This document shows, in pieces, positions 47,997 to 59,448 of a stretch of 64,000 nucleotides of DNA. Under the pieces are notes generated by a model. It made no database searches and had not been told where the DNA came from. It was given only the letters and a program-made list of their open reading frames with translations. Positions within the stretch are counted from its first letter, which is position 1; every line of letters begins with the position of its first letter. The position numbers and the translations under genes are program-made. The stretch covers positions 5,518-69,517 of the forward strand of contig JAUCBJ010007265.1 in NCBI GenBank assembly GCA_032718475.1, given 5' to 3'. The stretch is from Nemertoderma westbladi (lineage: Eukaryota; Animalia; Xenacoelomorpha).

Positions 47997-49946
47997 ATGG
48001 ACTTCAACTATGGGTATAGGCCTTCTTTTTCTACACCATGTGCAAAACAGGATATTCAGCAGGAGTTCTCTGCACCATTGCCTCCATTGTCAGTAGTTCG
48101 TCCCGATTTAGGAGAACTTAACTGGCTTTGCCAAAGACGTTTTGCATTCCCCACCTATGTTAAACCGAATTATTTACCTACATTCAAGCCAACACCATGG
48201 AGGAATTCGTGGAACCAATTTTCGATAAGAAGACCCTTGGTACGGTATCAAACGCAAGATGTATTCCCATACCCTAGCAGTTTATCGTTTGACTGTACCC
48301 AACCATTATCCCATCCCCCTGCTTGTTACCAATTCTATAATACTAATCCACAGCCTTGTTATTATGATCAATCGAATTATAAAGCTTCTTTATTTCGCGA
48401 TAGGCAGTTCACCTATCCTAAACAACCATTATCCAATCCTGAACAATATATATCCAAGACAGACCAAACACTATCCAATCCCGATCAATCTCTGTACAAT
48501 CCTGTTCATGCTCTAGACAATACTGATCGTTCTCTATCCAAGATATACCAGCCACTATCCATTCCTGATCAATCTCTATCCAAGATTTACCAGCCACTAT
48601 CCATTCCTGATCAATCTCTATCCAAGATTTACCAGCCACTATCCATTCCTGATCAATCTCTATCCAAGATATACCAGCCACTATCCATTCCTGATCAATC
48701 TCTATCCAAGACTGACCAATCACTATCCATCCCTGATCAATCTCTATCCAAGACTGACCAACCACTATCCATTCCTGATCAATCTCTATCCAAGACTGAC
48801 CAACCACTTTCCATTCCTGATCAATCTCTATCCAAGACTGACCAACCACTATCCATTCCTAGTCAATCTATATCCAAGACTGACCAACCACTTTCCATTC
48901 CTGACCAACCACTATCCATTCCTGATCAATCTATATCCAAGACTGGCCAACCACTATACAATCCTGATCAACTAATGTCAAGTCCTCGTGTTCAAATGTC
49001 ATCCAACCACAATCGTCAATCATTCCATGATGATCAAACCATCTCTATCCCGATCCCTTTATCGACAGTTCGAATTAATAATCCCCTGCCGAAAGCAAAA
49101 ATCGACAAACCCCAGGTCACTGATATCTACGGCAACCCTAGACCCAACGTTACTTACCCACAGCTAATAGAAATGGCATTGCTCGAAAACGGGCCAATGG
49201 AAGTCGATGAAATCTATCGATGGTTCATAAAAACGTGGCCGTATTTTTTGTACTCCGGCGAAGGATGGAAAAACTCAATTCGGCACAATTTATCCATGAA
49301 ACCAAAATTTTTCCGTGAGTTTGGCAGCAAATTAGGCAACAAGTGGCGTTTGTCTACTCAAGAAGAGGTTTTACGATTGCGAGCGCGCAAGTTAGCCAGA
49401 AAAGCCTACAAGAAGAAAAAGTTCGTGAAATCGAATCCAGAAGAAATTGAAGAAAGCGAAAGTAGCGATACCGATGTCGACGACGATGATTTATTACATA
49501 AAGAGGTGAAAACATACAGGAATGAAAACGGAGAAGAGGGTTGTATAAGACGGATGTCGGGAAATTCGGATACTACAAGCCGATTTACGGGGGCAAACGA
49601 AATGTGTCGCAACATTGGGGTTGGTTTCATGCGCCCTCTGGGCTATAAGGACGTTATTAATAGTTTAAAGAAACCAGGTAAACGAATGAATCAGCCGGGA
49701 ACTAGTAGGAAAACAAGCTGGAATGGTAACCTAAGTTCGGCGGAGTTTGCGTTAGGCAAAATTGCGAGTAAAAAAGGTCGTCATGGGAACCCAAGAGTAA
49801 ATGCGAACCAACTGTGGATGTCTTTCCCGAATATCGGATGCGTTATTGCAGAGAATCACCCATACGGAACGTGGCCCCCTACCGGCGTCTGGAAGAGTTC
49901 TGTTTCGAGCCCTACGTCGCCCCCCGATATAACGAAAAGTAATTAG
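47997..49946 (+). CDS. Intronless divergent forkhead-box transcription factor with 14-aa tandem repeats
   Basis: RPNVTYPQLIEMALL..MEVDEIYRWFIKTWPYF..GWKNSIRHNLS..FFR..GNKWRL (~49137-49355), then basic and acidic tracts; ATG in ATAATGG context; 649 codons uninterrupted. Confidence 0.85.
   Translation: MDFNYGYRPSFSTPCAKQDIQQEFSAPLPPLSVVRPDLGELNWLCQRRFAFPTYVKPNYLPTFKPTPWRNSWNQFSIRRPLVRYQTQDVFPYPSSLSFDCTQPLSHPPACYQFYNTNPQPCYYDQSNYKASLFRDRQFTYPKQPLSNPEQYISKTDQTLSNPDQSLYNPVHALDNTDRSLSKIYQPLSIPDQSLSKIYQPLSIPDQSLSKIYQPLSIPDQSLSKIYQPLSIPDQSLSKTDQSLSIPDQSLSKTDQPLSIPDQSLSKTDQPLSIPDQSLSKTDQPLSIPSQSISKTDQPLSIPDQPLSIPDQSISKTGQPLYNPDQLMSSPRVQMSSNHNRQSFHDDQTISIPIPLSTVRINNPLPKAKIDKPQVTDIYGNPRPNVTYPQLIEMALLENGPMEVDEIYRWFIKTWPYFLYSGEGWKNSIRHNLSMKPKFFREFGSKLGNKWRLSTQEEVLRLRARKLARKAYKKKKFVKSNPEEIEESESSDTDVDDDDLLHKEVKTYRNENGEEGCIRRMSGNSDTTSRFTGANEMCRNIGVGFMRPLGYKDVINSLKKPGKRMNQPGTSRKTSWNGNLSSAEFALGKIASKKGRHGNPRVNANQLWMSFPNIGCVIAENHPYGTWPPTGVWKSSVSSPTSPPDITKSN
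48520..48970 (+). repeat. 42-bp coding minisatellite (QPLSIPDQSLSK[IY/TD])
   Basis: About 10 in-frame units built from 21-bp subunits. Confidence 0.95.
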
Positions 49947-50104
49947 TTTCGCTTTGTTATCACAGGTCTTTTGGTCTCAGTCAGTGTCGTTCAAAATATT
50001 TTATTAAAATATTACTGATGAACTTATTATAATTATAATTTTGTAAGATAAATATTTATAAATTGACTTGTTATGATAAACATACTTATTTTTATAAGGA
50101 TTTC

Positions 50105-50570
50105 CTACTAGGACTACTACTACTAGGATCGGCATGCTGCATTGCAGCTACATTTTTAAGAATGCTGTGCCGGCTTGTCGACAAAATTGCGCCGCCACAA
50201 CTCCCTACCACCCATGATATTTGCTAGATCATCCGCATCTTCAAGGCCAGTGTCCTTTAAGATGCGTCTCCAGAAAGTCATGGGCTGTCCACCATGCTTA
50301 TTCACTCCATGAAGCTGCCAAAGCACACGATTATGCACTGGCTGGTCCTCACGGCGAAAGCAATGTCCAGCAAAGCGGAGGTGGCTTTGTGCTAGAGTCA
50401 AGCTTGGGGGAACCAATGAGACACCTATGTTATTTCCATGCCTGGGTTGATTGCCTGCTGTCGTCAGCATTATTGATGGCATCAACCTGTTGGTTTATTA
50501 GCTCCTGTAGATTAACAGAGTACTGCCTTTTCAGGGACCTAGATGCAGCCTAGGCCGATGTAGTCGGTTT
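50105..50570 (-). mobile_element. RTE-clade LINE 3' remnant
   Basis: HLRFAGHCFR..QPV..VLW..; (TAG)n-like tail at 50105-50126; same family as 16040-16555. Confidence 0.8.
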
Positions 50571-51040
50571 GAGTCGGGACTCTTTCTGCGCCTTATAGAG
50601 GTCATTTCGGCACTTCTGAATTTTGACGGCACTTCAGGATTTCCTACGAACCTCATTGCTAGTCCAGTTAGTATTTACAATATTCCGTAAAAATTTAGAA
50701 AGAATCTGAAGTTTGGTCAAAAATCAGACAGTCTGTCTGTCGGTACCGGTAGTTTGATAAGCGGAATAAGTCGGTCAATCTTTGATGCAATTAAACCGAA
50801 CTTGGTAAACATGTAAGGAGTAGGGGTAGGCTATTACCTATTCATGGGGCCTTCGCGCAGCACGGGACTTAGCTACTCCGAGAACGGTTAAACCGAGAAA
50901 GATGTAATCCGAGAAGGCCTACTTGTTCTATTTAAGCAATGCCCATAGTAATCAAATTACAGATGAATATGATGGTTGGTACTATATTTACAGCTATACT
51001 TCAACGTTTCTCACAATTCGCCTAGCAGCAGATAGAGGAA

Positions 51041-53660
51041 CGAGAGAAAGCCGCCCCAATATTAGATTATTACAACAACATATCCATTGGGTATGAAAGT
51101 GGAGGAGAGCCAGCCCGTCTCTTAATTTTTTACTTTATATTACGCGATCAATTTTCACTCATCTCGTCATGAACCCAACATGTATGTAACCTTTTGTTAA
51201 ATTTGTTGGCTATGCGTTTGCGGTTGTTTGGGCGGAGTGTGGTAGGCCTACACTTTTCACACTTAAATATTTTGGTTGTGAAATGTTACAGGGCATAGCT
51301 ATCTGAGATATTTCATTTATATTTTATTATGAGAGGAAGAAGAACATACAACGTTATTTACTATATATGTAACAAAATATTTGTTTTCGGGTTTAACTTG
51401 GAAGCCTCCCCAAATAGTTGATATACAATTATATTTAAAATTATTTCCATGGTCATGGTCATTCACCCGTCTTTAGTTAGAAATTTGTTTGCATGAAAGA
51501 CAGTTTAGTTTAGTTTTTACTGATTTATTATCTCTTATCTGACTGGGGTAATAATAAAGGATAGGATAAATGGAAGCAAAGTGTGACAGTAACAAATATT
51601 TCCCCGTCACCCTAGCATGTCTTAAGTATATGATATATCAAAGGGGGAAGTTTGGATTCACTGCATAAATGCAGTTCACCAAACTTCCCCCGAATGCACA
51701 CTGTAACTTCCCCCTTCCCACAAATATCCACTGTTGAATTAATTTGAAGCGATATAATAAGTACAAAATTGTGCGAGTTTTTAATTGTGTGGTCCAATTG
51801 TTATTTGATTTCTATTTATTATTTAAAGTGCATTTAATATCACACTGGTTTTTAGAATATTATACTATACAACCTTATGTTTTATTAATGTACCCAATCG
51901 AAGCCTCATAAGGGCCGGTTATTTGTACGCATATCCCCTAATGCGCTCAGTAAGGTTCAAACAACATATTAATATGAAAATAAAGTATCTGCAAAGAAAA
52001 GAACCCAATACTATATAATTTGACCTTATTAAAAAATTTGCACTTTTGCACACTTATTTGCACAAATGCACTTTAGCAGATCGTAATGGTGGCTCTTATT
52101 TAACAAACTTATGTTTATCCTCTACCGATCTACGATGGTGTATGATCAAGTGTCAGTCGCTAAAAGTGTCAAAAATCCAATTTAATAAATCTGGATTTGC
52201 GATTTTGGACCATATTCATGGACATTTTTAAGTCACTTTATAGACATAAAAAGATAAACAAATGTTAAGATTATAGTTAGAAATCACTCCAAACTACATT
52301 TTAATCCAAAAAATAATATACTACGATGAATAGAACTGGAAATAACAGTGTTTGAAATATCGAAAAAATGTTCAGGGGCTATTTAAGTGCATTTTGCACT
52401 AAGTGCACATAAGTCTTTTCCCAAGTTTTATCCTATTTCACACACTACAATCTATCCTCTATCCAATGAAAAAAGTTTCAGATTACACGGCCCTGTAGAA
52501 CCGAAGTTATTGATGTTTAAAAATAGTCACTCGAAAATTTCAAATTCTCTTGGTCACATAGTCTAGTGGTTATCAATCACGTTAATGAAACCTAAGTTCG
52601 CGGGTTCGAAATCCAATATTGACCTGACCATTCTTAATTTTTTTGCAAAAAAAATTATTTTTATTTTTTCACTAAAATCGCTCTAACTTCGGTTCTGGTG
52701 GTCCAAATTCAATAAAATTGGTATATTCTTTGCCGTAATTGTTTTCTTAATCTTTTGAGAAGGGGTTATTTTTGGCCCCAAAAAAATTTAAAAAAAGGGC
52801 CAAAATAACGCGATATTTTTCGACCCTTAAAATTCGTAATTTAATTTTAATTATATATGTTAAGATAAAAGATAGCGGAGTTAATTTGATACTTTTTACA
52901 GGTACGTTTGGCGCAATACGCTAAATTATAATGGAATAGCGATTTGTTAAAAAAAAAAATTTTCGTCCCTTTTTATAAATATTATATGTCACACGATCGC
53001 CTGCCGCTCCAGTTTTATAATACCTCCGGCGCTGTGATTAACGCTGTTAGATAGATAATTTAACGCACTATAAGTCTGTGTAAACAAATCTCCCGTACGT
53101 TAAGTAGTTTTCGAGCTAGACGATTTCCCGCGAAGCAAGTTTGAAGCGCGAAATTATAATTTTGGCCCTCATTTTTTTAATATCATCCTTGGAGCAAAAC
53201 CGATAGCATATTTGAATTCCCCGTATGGATATTGACTGTATAGAATGTACCTTAACCAACTAAAGTTAAAAATAAAAAATTATTCGATAAAAACTACTTT
53301 ACAAATTCTGGCCCTTTTTGGCCCCTATTGCCGACATATTTTTTGTACCCCCATTCGATAGGAACGTTGCCCCAATGGTCTTCTACGAGTTTCATAAAAG
53401 AATTAGTGGATTCCTACCCGCGTTGTCGAATTAAACATTTCGGAAATAAGTTTTCCAAAAAAGACGGACAAAAACGTACAAATTTACAGCCCCTTTTTCC
53501 ACCCGAAATTTTAATAAATATCTTACCCCCATTCGATACGAAGGTAGTACCACTCTTCCCCTTTCCAACCGCGTTACTTTCGTCCCCGTACGATTAATAT
53601 TAGCCGAGTTATAGCGGATCCCGCAAAGTCATTTTGTCCGTTTTTTCAACTTTGACGGAC
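51041..53660. repeat. ~2.6-kb direct duplication, copy 1 (probable non-autonomous TE)
   Basis: Highly similar to 54079-56679 from CGAGAGAAAGCCGCCCC to TTTGACGGA; copy 1 continues to ...AAGGG-TTAG at 53853. Confidence 0.95.
52552..52624 (+). other. tRNA-like Pol III cassette (second copy 55585-55657)
   Basis: GGTCA...TGACC acceptor-like stem, TAGTCTAGTGG A-box, GGTTCGAAATCC B-box; anticodon arm does not pair. Confidence 0.5.
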
Positions 53661-54078
53661 ATTTTCGGAAAAAAGGCGTGGTAATCTTTTTTGAAAAAAA
53701 AAACGAATTCACTAATTAATCCCTTCTATCGTATCCCGGCGTCGGCTAAGCAATAACCTAGGGTTTTTTCGAGCCACTGTAGAGCGCCTTTCAAAAAAAT
53801 TTAAAAATTGTCGAAAAAATGACGGATTTTTGTCCGCCGTGTCCGTCGAAGGGTTAGATTTAATAATGTTAGAGTTGCTAATATCTTAGAATTCCGAGCC
53901 GCTCCCCTGGTGAGAAAATAAAAAAATTTGGTCTGTTCCTTCATCGAAAAGTCCCCCAGAATCCCAAGTTAACCTATATTGTTAGCGATGGCCTGCGGCT
54001 TTAGGAGCGGCCGCGGTATTCACCTCCCTCATAGCGGCCGCGGCGGTGCTGCGTCAAATGGAGAAATATTTATCCCAC

Positions 54079-56679
54079 CGAGAGAAAGCCGCCCCAATAT
54101 TAGATTATAACAACAACATTTCCATTGGGTAAGAAAGTGGAGAAGAGCCAGGCCCGACTCTCAATTTTTTAGTTTATATTACGCGATCAATTTTCACTCA
54201 TCTCGTCATGAACCCAACATGTATGTAAACTTTTTATAAATTTGTTGGCTATGCGTTTGCGGCTGTTTGGGCGGGGTGTGGTAGGCCTACACTTTTCACA
54301 CTGAAATATTTTGGTTGTGAAATGTTCAGGGCACAGCGATCTGAGATATTTCATTTATATTTTATTATGAGAGGAAGAAGAACATACAACGTTATTTACT
54401 ATATTATATGTAACGAAATAATTGTTTTTGGGTTTGGAAGCCTCCCCAAAGAGTTGATATACGATTATATTTAAAATTATTTCCATGGTCATGGTCATTC
54501 ACCCGTCTTTAATTAGAAATTTGTTTGCATGAAAGACAGTTTAGTTTGGTTTTTACTGATTATTATCTCTTATCTGACTGGGGTAATAATATAGGATAGG
54601 ATAAATGGAAGCAAAGTGTGACAGTAACAATTATTTCCCTGACAACCTAGCATGTCTTAAGTATACGATATCTAAAAGGGGGAACTTTGGATTCACTGCA
54701 TAAATGCAGTTCACCAAACTTCCCCCGAATGCACACTGTAACTTCCCCCTTCCCCCAAATATCCACTGTTAAATTAATTTGAAGCGATATAATAAGTACA
54801 AAATTGTGCGAGTTTTTAATTGTGTAGTCCATTTGTTATTTGATTTCTATTTATTATTTAAAGTGCATTTAATATCACACTGGTTTTTAGAATATTATAC
54901 TATACAACCTTATGTTTTATTAATTTACCCAATCGAAGCCTCATAAGGGCCGGTTATTTGTACGCATATCCCCTAATGCGCTCAGTAAGGTTCAAACAAC
55001 ATATTAATATGAAAATAAAGTATCTGCAAAGAAAAGAACCCAATACTATATAATTTGACCTTATTAAAAAATTTGCACTTTTGCACACTTATTTGTACAA
55101 GTGCACTTCAGCAGATCGTAATGGTGGTTCTTATTTAACAAACTTATGTTTATCCTCTACCGATCTACGATGGTGTATGATCAAGTGTCAGTCACTAAAA
55201 GTGTAAAAAATCTAATTTAATAAATCGCGACATTTGCGATTTTGGACCATATTCATGGACATTTTTAAGTCACTCTATAGACATAAAAAGTTAAACAAAT
55301 GTTACGATTATAGTTAGAAATCATTCCAAACTACATTTTAATCCAAAAAATAATATTCTACGATGAATAGAACTGGAAATAACAGTGTTTGAAATATCGA
55401 AAAAATGTTCACTATTTAAGTGCATTTTGCACTAAGTGCACATAAGTCTTTTCCCAAGTTTTATCCTATTTCACACACTACAATCTATCCTCTATCCAAT
55501 GAAAAAAGTTTCAGATTAAACGGCCCTGTAGAACCGAAGTTATTTATGTTTAAAAATAGTCACTCGAAAATTTCAAATTCTCTTGGTCACATAGTCTAGT
55601 GGATATCAATCACGTTAATGAAACCTAAGTTCGCGGGTTCGAAATCCAATATTGACCTGACCATTCTTAATTTTTTTGCAAAAAAAATTATTTTTATTTT
55701 TTCACTAAAATCGCTCTAACTTCGGTTCTGGTGGTCCAAATTCAATAAAATTGGTATATTCTTTGCCGTAATTTTTTTCTTAATCTTTTGAGAAGGGGTT
55801 ATTTTTGGCCCCAAAAAAATTAAAAAAAAGGGCCAAAATAACGCGATATTTTTCTACCCTTAAAATTCGTAATTTTAATTATATATGTTAAGATAAAAGA
55901 TAGCGGAGTTAATTTGATACTTTTTACAGGTACGTTTGGCGCAATACGCTAAATTATAATGGAATAGCGATTTGTTAAAAAAAAAATTTTTCGTCCCTTT
56001 TTATAAATATTATATTTCACACGATCGCCTGACGCTCCAGTTTTATAATACCTCCGGCACTGTGATTAACGCTGTTAGATAGATAATTTAACGCACTATA
56101 AGTCTGTGTAAACAAATCTCCCGTAAGTTAAGTAGTTTTCGAGCTAGACGATTTCCCGCGAAGCAAGTTTGAAGCGCGAAATTATAATTTTGGCCCTCAT
56201 TTTTTTAATATCATCCTTGGAGCAAAACCGATAGCATATTTGAATTCCCCGTATGGATATTAACTGTATAGAATGTACCTTAACCAACTAAAGTTAAAAA
56301 TAAAAAATTATTCGATAAAAACTACTTTAAAAATTCTGGCCCTTTTTGGCCCCTATTGCCGACATATTTTTTGTACCCCCATTCGATAGGAACGTAGCCC
56401 CAATGGTCTTCTACGAGTTTCATAAAAAATTAGTGGATTCCTACCCGCGTTGTCGAAATAAACATTTCGGAAATAAGTTTTCCAAAAAAGACGGACAAAA
56501 ACGTACAAATTTACAGCCCCTTCCGAAATTTTAATAAATATCTTACCCCCATTCGATACGAAGGTAGTACCACTCTTCCCCTTTCCAACCGCGTTACTTT
56601 CGTCCCCGTACGATTAATATTAGCCGAGTTATAGCGGATCCCGCAAAGTCATTTTGTCCGTTTTTTCAACTTTGACGGA
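54079..56679. repeat. ~2.6-kb direct duplication, copy 2, interrupted by an LTR insertion at 56680
   Basis: Similarity to copy 1 ends exactly where TGT starts at 56680. Confidence 0.95.
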
Positions 56680-57848
56680 TGTTCGCGCTTTCAGACCTTT
56701 AGCAGTTTAACCTGCCAAATTGGGATGTCTTCTAGATAATAGATCGTCTTTAGCCTATGACACGTATTTGATACACTACATTAGCCGAAGCCAGTCTATG
56801 CGCGATCAATCACCCGCTGGATATACCCGGGAGACTGGATTCGGAAGCCTAACCGTATTGCGGTGTAGGCCTACTGTATTATTCGACTGATCGTAATATA
56901 TAATCTCTGACAAATATTATTCACTTTCGGGAAATATTAACAGTTCCTTTAGGACGTGGCGCTCTAAATATGTAAACAGAGTTATGACTTAAACTAGACA
57001 CAACGGGATGGCTATAGATTCACGTATATGGCGCATTCTTTAGGAGATGCTTTGTTATCAGTCACAATCATACACAATACTGCACAATGCTGCACACCGA
57101 TCTGCCGACCTTCACTAATTTTAGTCACATATAAAGAGAACAACAACCAATACATGTAGGGCCTATGAAATAGCATTAGATTCACTCCAAAACCAATATA
57201 ATGTAAGTCGCAATCGTTATATGTAACCGGTCTCTCTAACCTTCAGTATATCAAGAAGATTGGGGTGTCTGATTATTGATTGATATTATCCAAATATAAT
57301 AATATTCCATCAACAGATATAATGAATAACCGACAGTAAATAGCAGTAAAAATGCGGTGTTTGTAGTTGACAATATGATTAGGTGAGTGAGTGAGATAAC
57401 AGATATACGTTCTATAATTAAGCCTACTAATGTTGGGCTAAAGACTGAAAACACAGAGATTCCGAAGCCGATCTTCTGGGCTCAGGACAAAATGTAAACA
57501 TTGACCCATAGTGCATTGCGTGATTTCTCGGAGGTTTCTGTACAAAAAGCAGGAGAATCGCTCTGATTGGTTGACCGAACAAAGAAACACCAGAGAACAA
57601 GGAAAAGCTACACGTGTACAGCTCAGCTGTTAGCTGTCGTCATAGTAACTACACTGTTTCAAGAGGATCTAGCGCATTGCGTCATAGAATTGCTAATTAT
57701 GTCCGCTAAAGTACACATGCAGAAGAAATGGCTTTTTATGTCCACTAAAACACCAGTACAGTAAGGAAACGGCTTTTTATGCCCGTTAAACCAACTACAG
57801 AGTACTTTGCGGGGAAAATAACCAGCCAATTCCGCAAAAGCTTTTACA
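56680..57848 (-). repeat. Candidate 3' LTR of the third BEL element (~1.17 kb)
   Basis: TGT at the insertion breakpoint; ACA at 57846-57848 adjoins CCGCTCCC (minus-strand GGGAGCGG, polypurine-tract-like). Confidence 0.65.
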
Positions 57849-57926
57849 CCGCTCCCAGAAAATGGGATTTAATTCTATAAAATATAAAAAATCACAGTTT
57901 CTAAAATATAAAAATACTCTAAACAG

Positions 57927-59448
57927 TTAGTTTTTCTTGCGCGGACGGCGTTTACGCAGTTTTTTGAGGCTAGCAAGAGTCCTTTTCTCTTTGGGGCGAG
58001 CCACTTTACTAGGAGGGCTGTAATTCCTGGGTGAAGGGTGCAATACAATTGCATCAGAAGGTTTAGGGTTACGGTCGATGTCCCGTCCATTTCGATATGC
58101 TTCTCCTCGATCTGATTTTCCTCTGCTTATCGTTGGATGCGTTCGTCCAAAACTCTTGCAGAGAATAGGGTCGTCCAAGTTCGATATCTTCTTAGAAATT
58201 CTGAATTTCCTGATCGAACTGAGATGAAGCTAATTCGTTTACCGCTTGGACTTGCTGCTGCAATTTACGTGTCTCTAAACAATTGTAGGTTCATTTTCCG
58301 CTCTTTTGACGAATAGTGTCCAACGCTTTTCGTACAACTCTCTCCTCCGCCTCGGTGACAGGTTGTATCGGGTTAAACAGGGACGATGATACGGTTGAAT
58401 GGCGATATTAGATGTCCGCGTCCCAATCCGACTAGGTAAGATGGGCGAATATTTAGGGAGCCCACAACCGGAGTGCCACCGACTAACTGTTCAGGTAACA
58501 CTAGATCTTTGAACAGTGAGTACAGTTCGGGAGGATCCGTGATACTATTAGGATCAAGAGTCTGAGGTCTAACTAGGGAATGAGAGGTCTGACCGAGTAT
58601 TCCGGAACTCTGATCATAGGTTTATTTAAGGATCGTTTGAATCGAGCGAGCGTAGGTGATACATCGAACAAGTTTCGCTCGAAACTCCCGTAAATATAGC
58701 GAGTAAAACTGTGTTTAAAGCAACGTCTCCGCGGATGTTTATGTCTTTCCGTTTATTAGTTGGGTCTTGGGCATTCATCGCAATAATACCAAAGACGCAC
58801 GTCTTATAGGGGAAACGCGGGTGATATTTATTCGGTTTTACAATATTCTTCCATCTGTTCGAAACTATCTGGGATGACAGGTAGCGGTCGATCGGCGGTA
58901 AGATACATCATAGTAAAATAGAGTCGTTTGAGTTCTATCATAGGATCATGATGTATACCTTGAGGATATCGAGTTTCTAGATTTTGTTGATGGGCAATAT
59001 TGAGATATGTCTCTCTCAGGAATTCCAGATAATCGTTGAAGTCGCTGCGTTTATCCGGCTCTTCAACGTCTTCTCTTTCGAGTCTGTTTCGAATAGAATT
59101 CTCGTGTTCCATTCTCGGTTTATCGTTCCGCCTCCGCTGGGTAGGATATTTAAATAAAACCATTGTTCTTTCGGTTTCGATATCGTCCGTATCGTGTAAA
59201 TCGATAGGATGGCCGGTAGTTAAGAAGTCCATATACGTACCATTACGATGCGCATAGCGAGCGGTGAATTTTCTATAGTCCAATTCACGCGTAAGTTGCT
59301 CCTGGGACATTGGCGGTTCGATATAACGACCATCATCCTCCGTAGTAGTTGGACCAGCGTCGCCGCGTATCAAGCTTTCAACAAACGCTTGTAAAGGTAG
59401 AGTATATCGCTCCCTGATACCAAGATCATCTTCTATCAACTCAGTCAT
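57927..59448 (-). pseudogene. Extra 3' ORF of the third BEL element, decayed
   Basis: 206-aa ATG-initiated ORF, frameshifted continuation and basic tail (KKLRKRRPRKKN) ending ~70 bp before the PPT candidate. Confidence 0.5.

Noticed and set aside
48418-48849. WIEIDQE repeat protein
   Set aside because: Antisense of the forkhead gene's coding minisatellite.
50700-50930. Helentron/DINE-like non-autonomous element
   Set aside because: Only a short GTCT repeat and vague motifs; no termini established.
52552-52624. Functional tRNA gene
   Set aside because: Anticodon and T stems do not pair properly; kept only as a tRNA-like cassette.
53990-54050. CpG-rich patch with two GCGGCCGC sites (vector or promoter)
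   Set aside because: Too short and no recognisable vector sequence; function unsupported.
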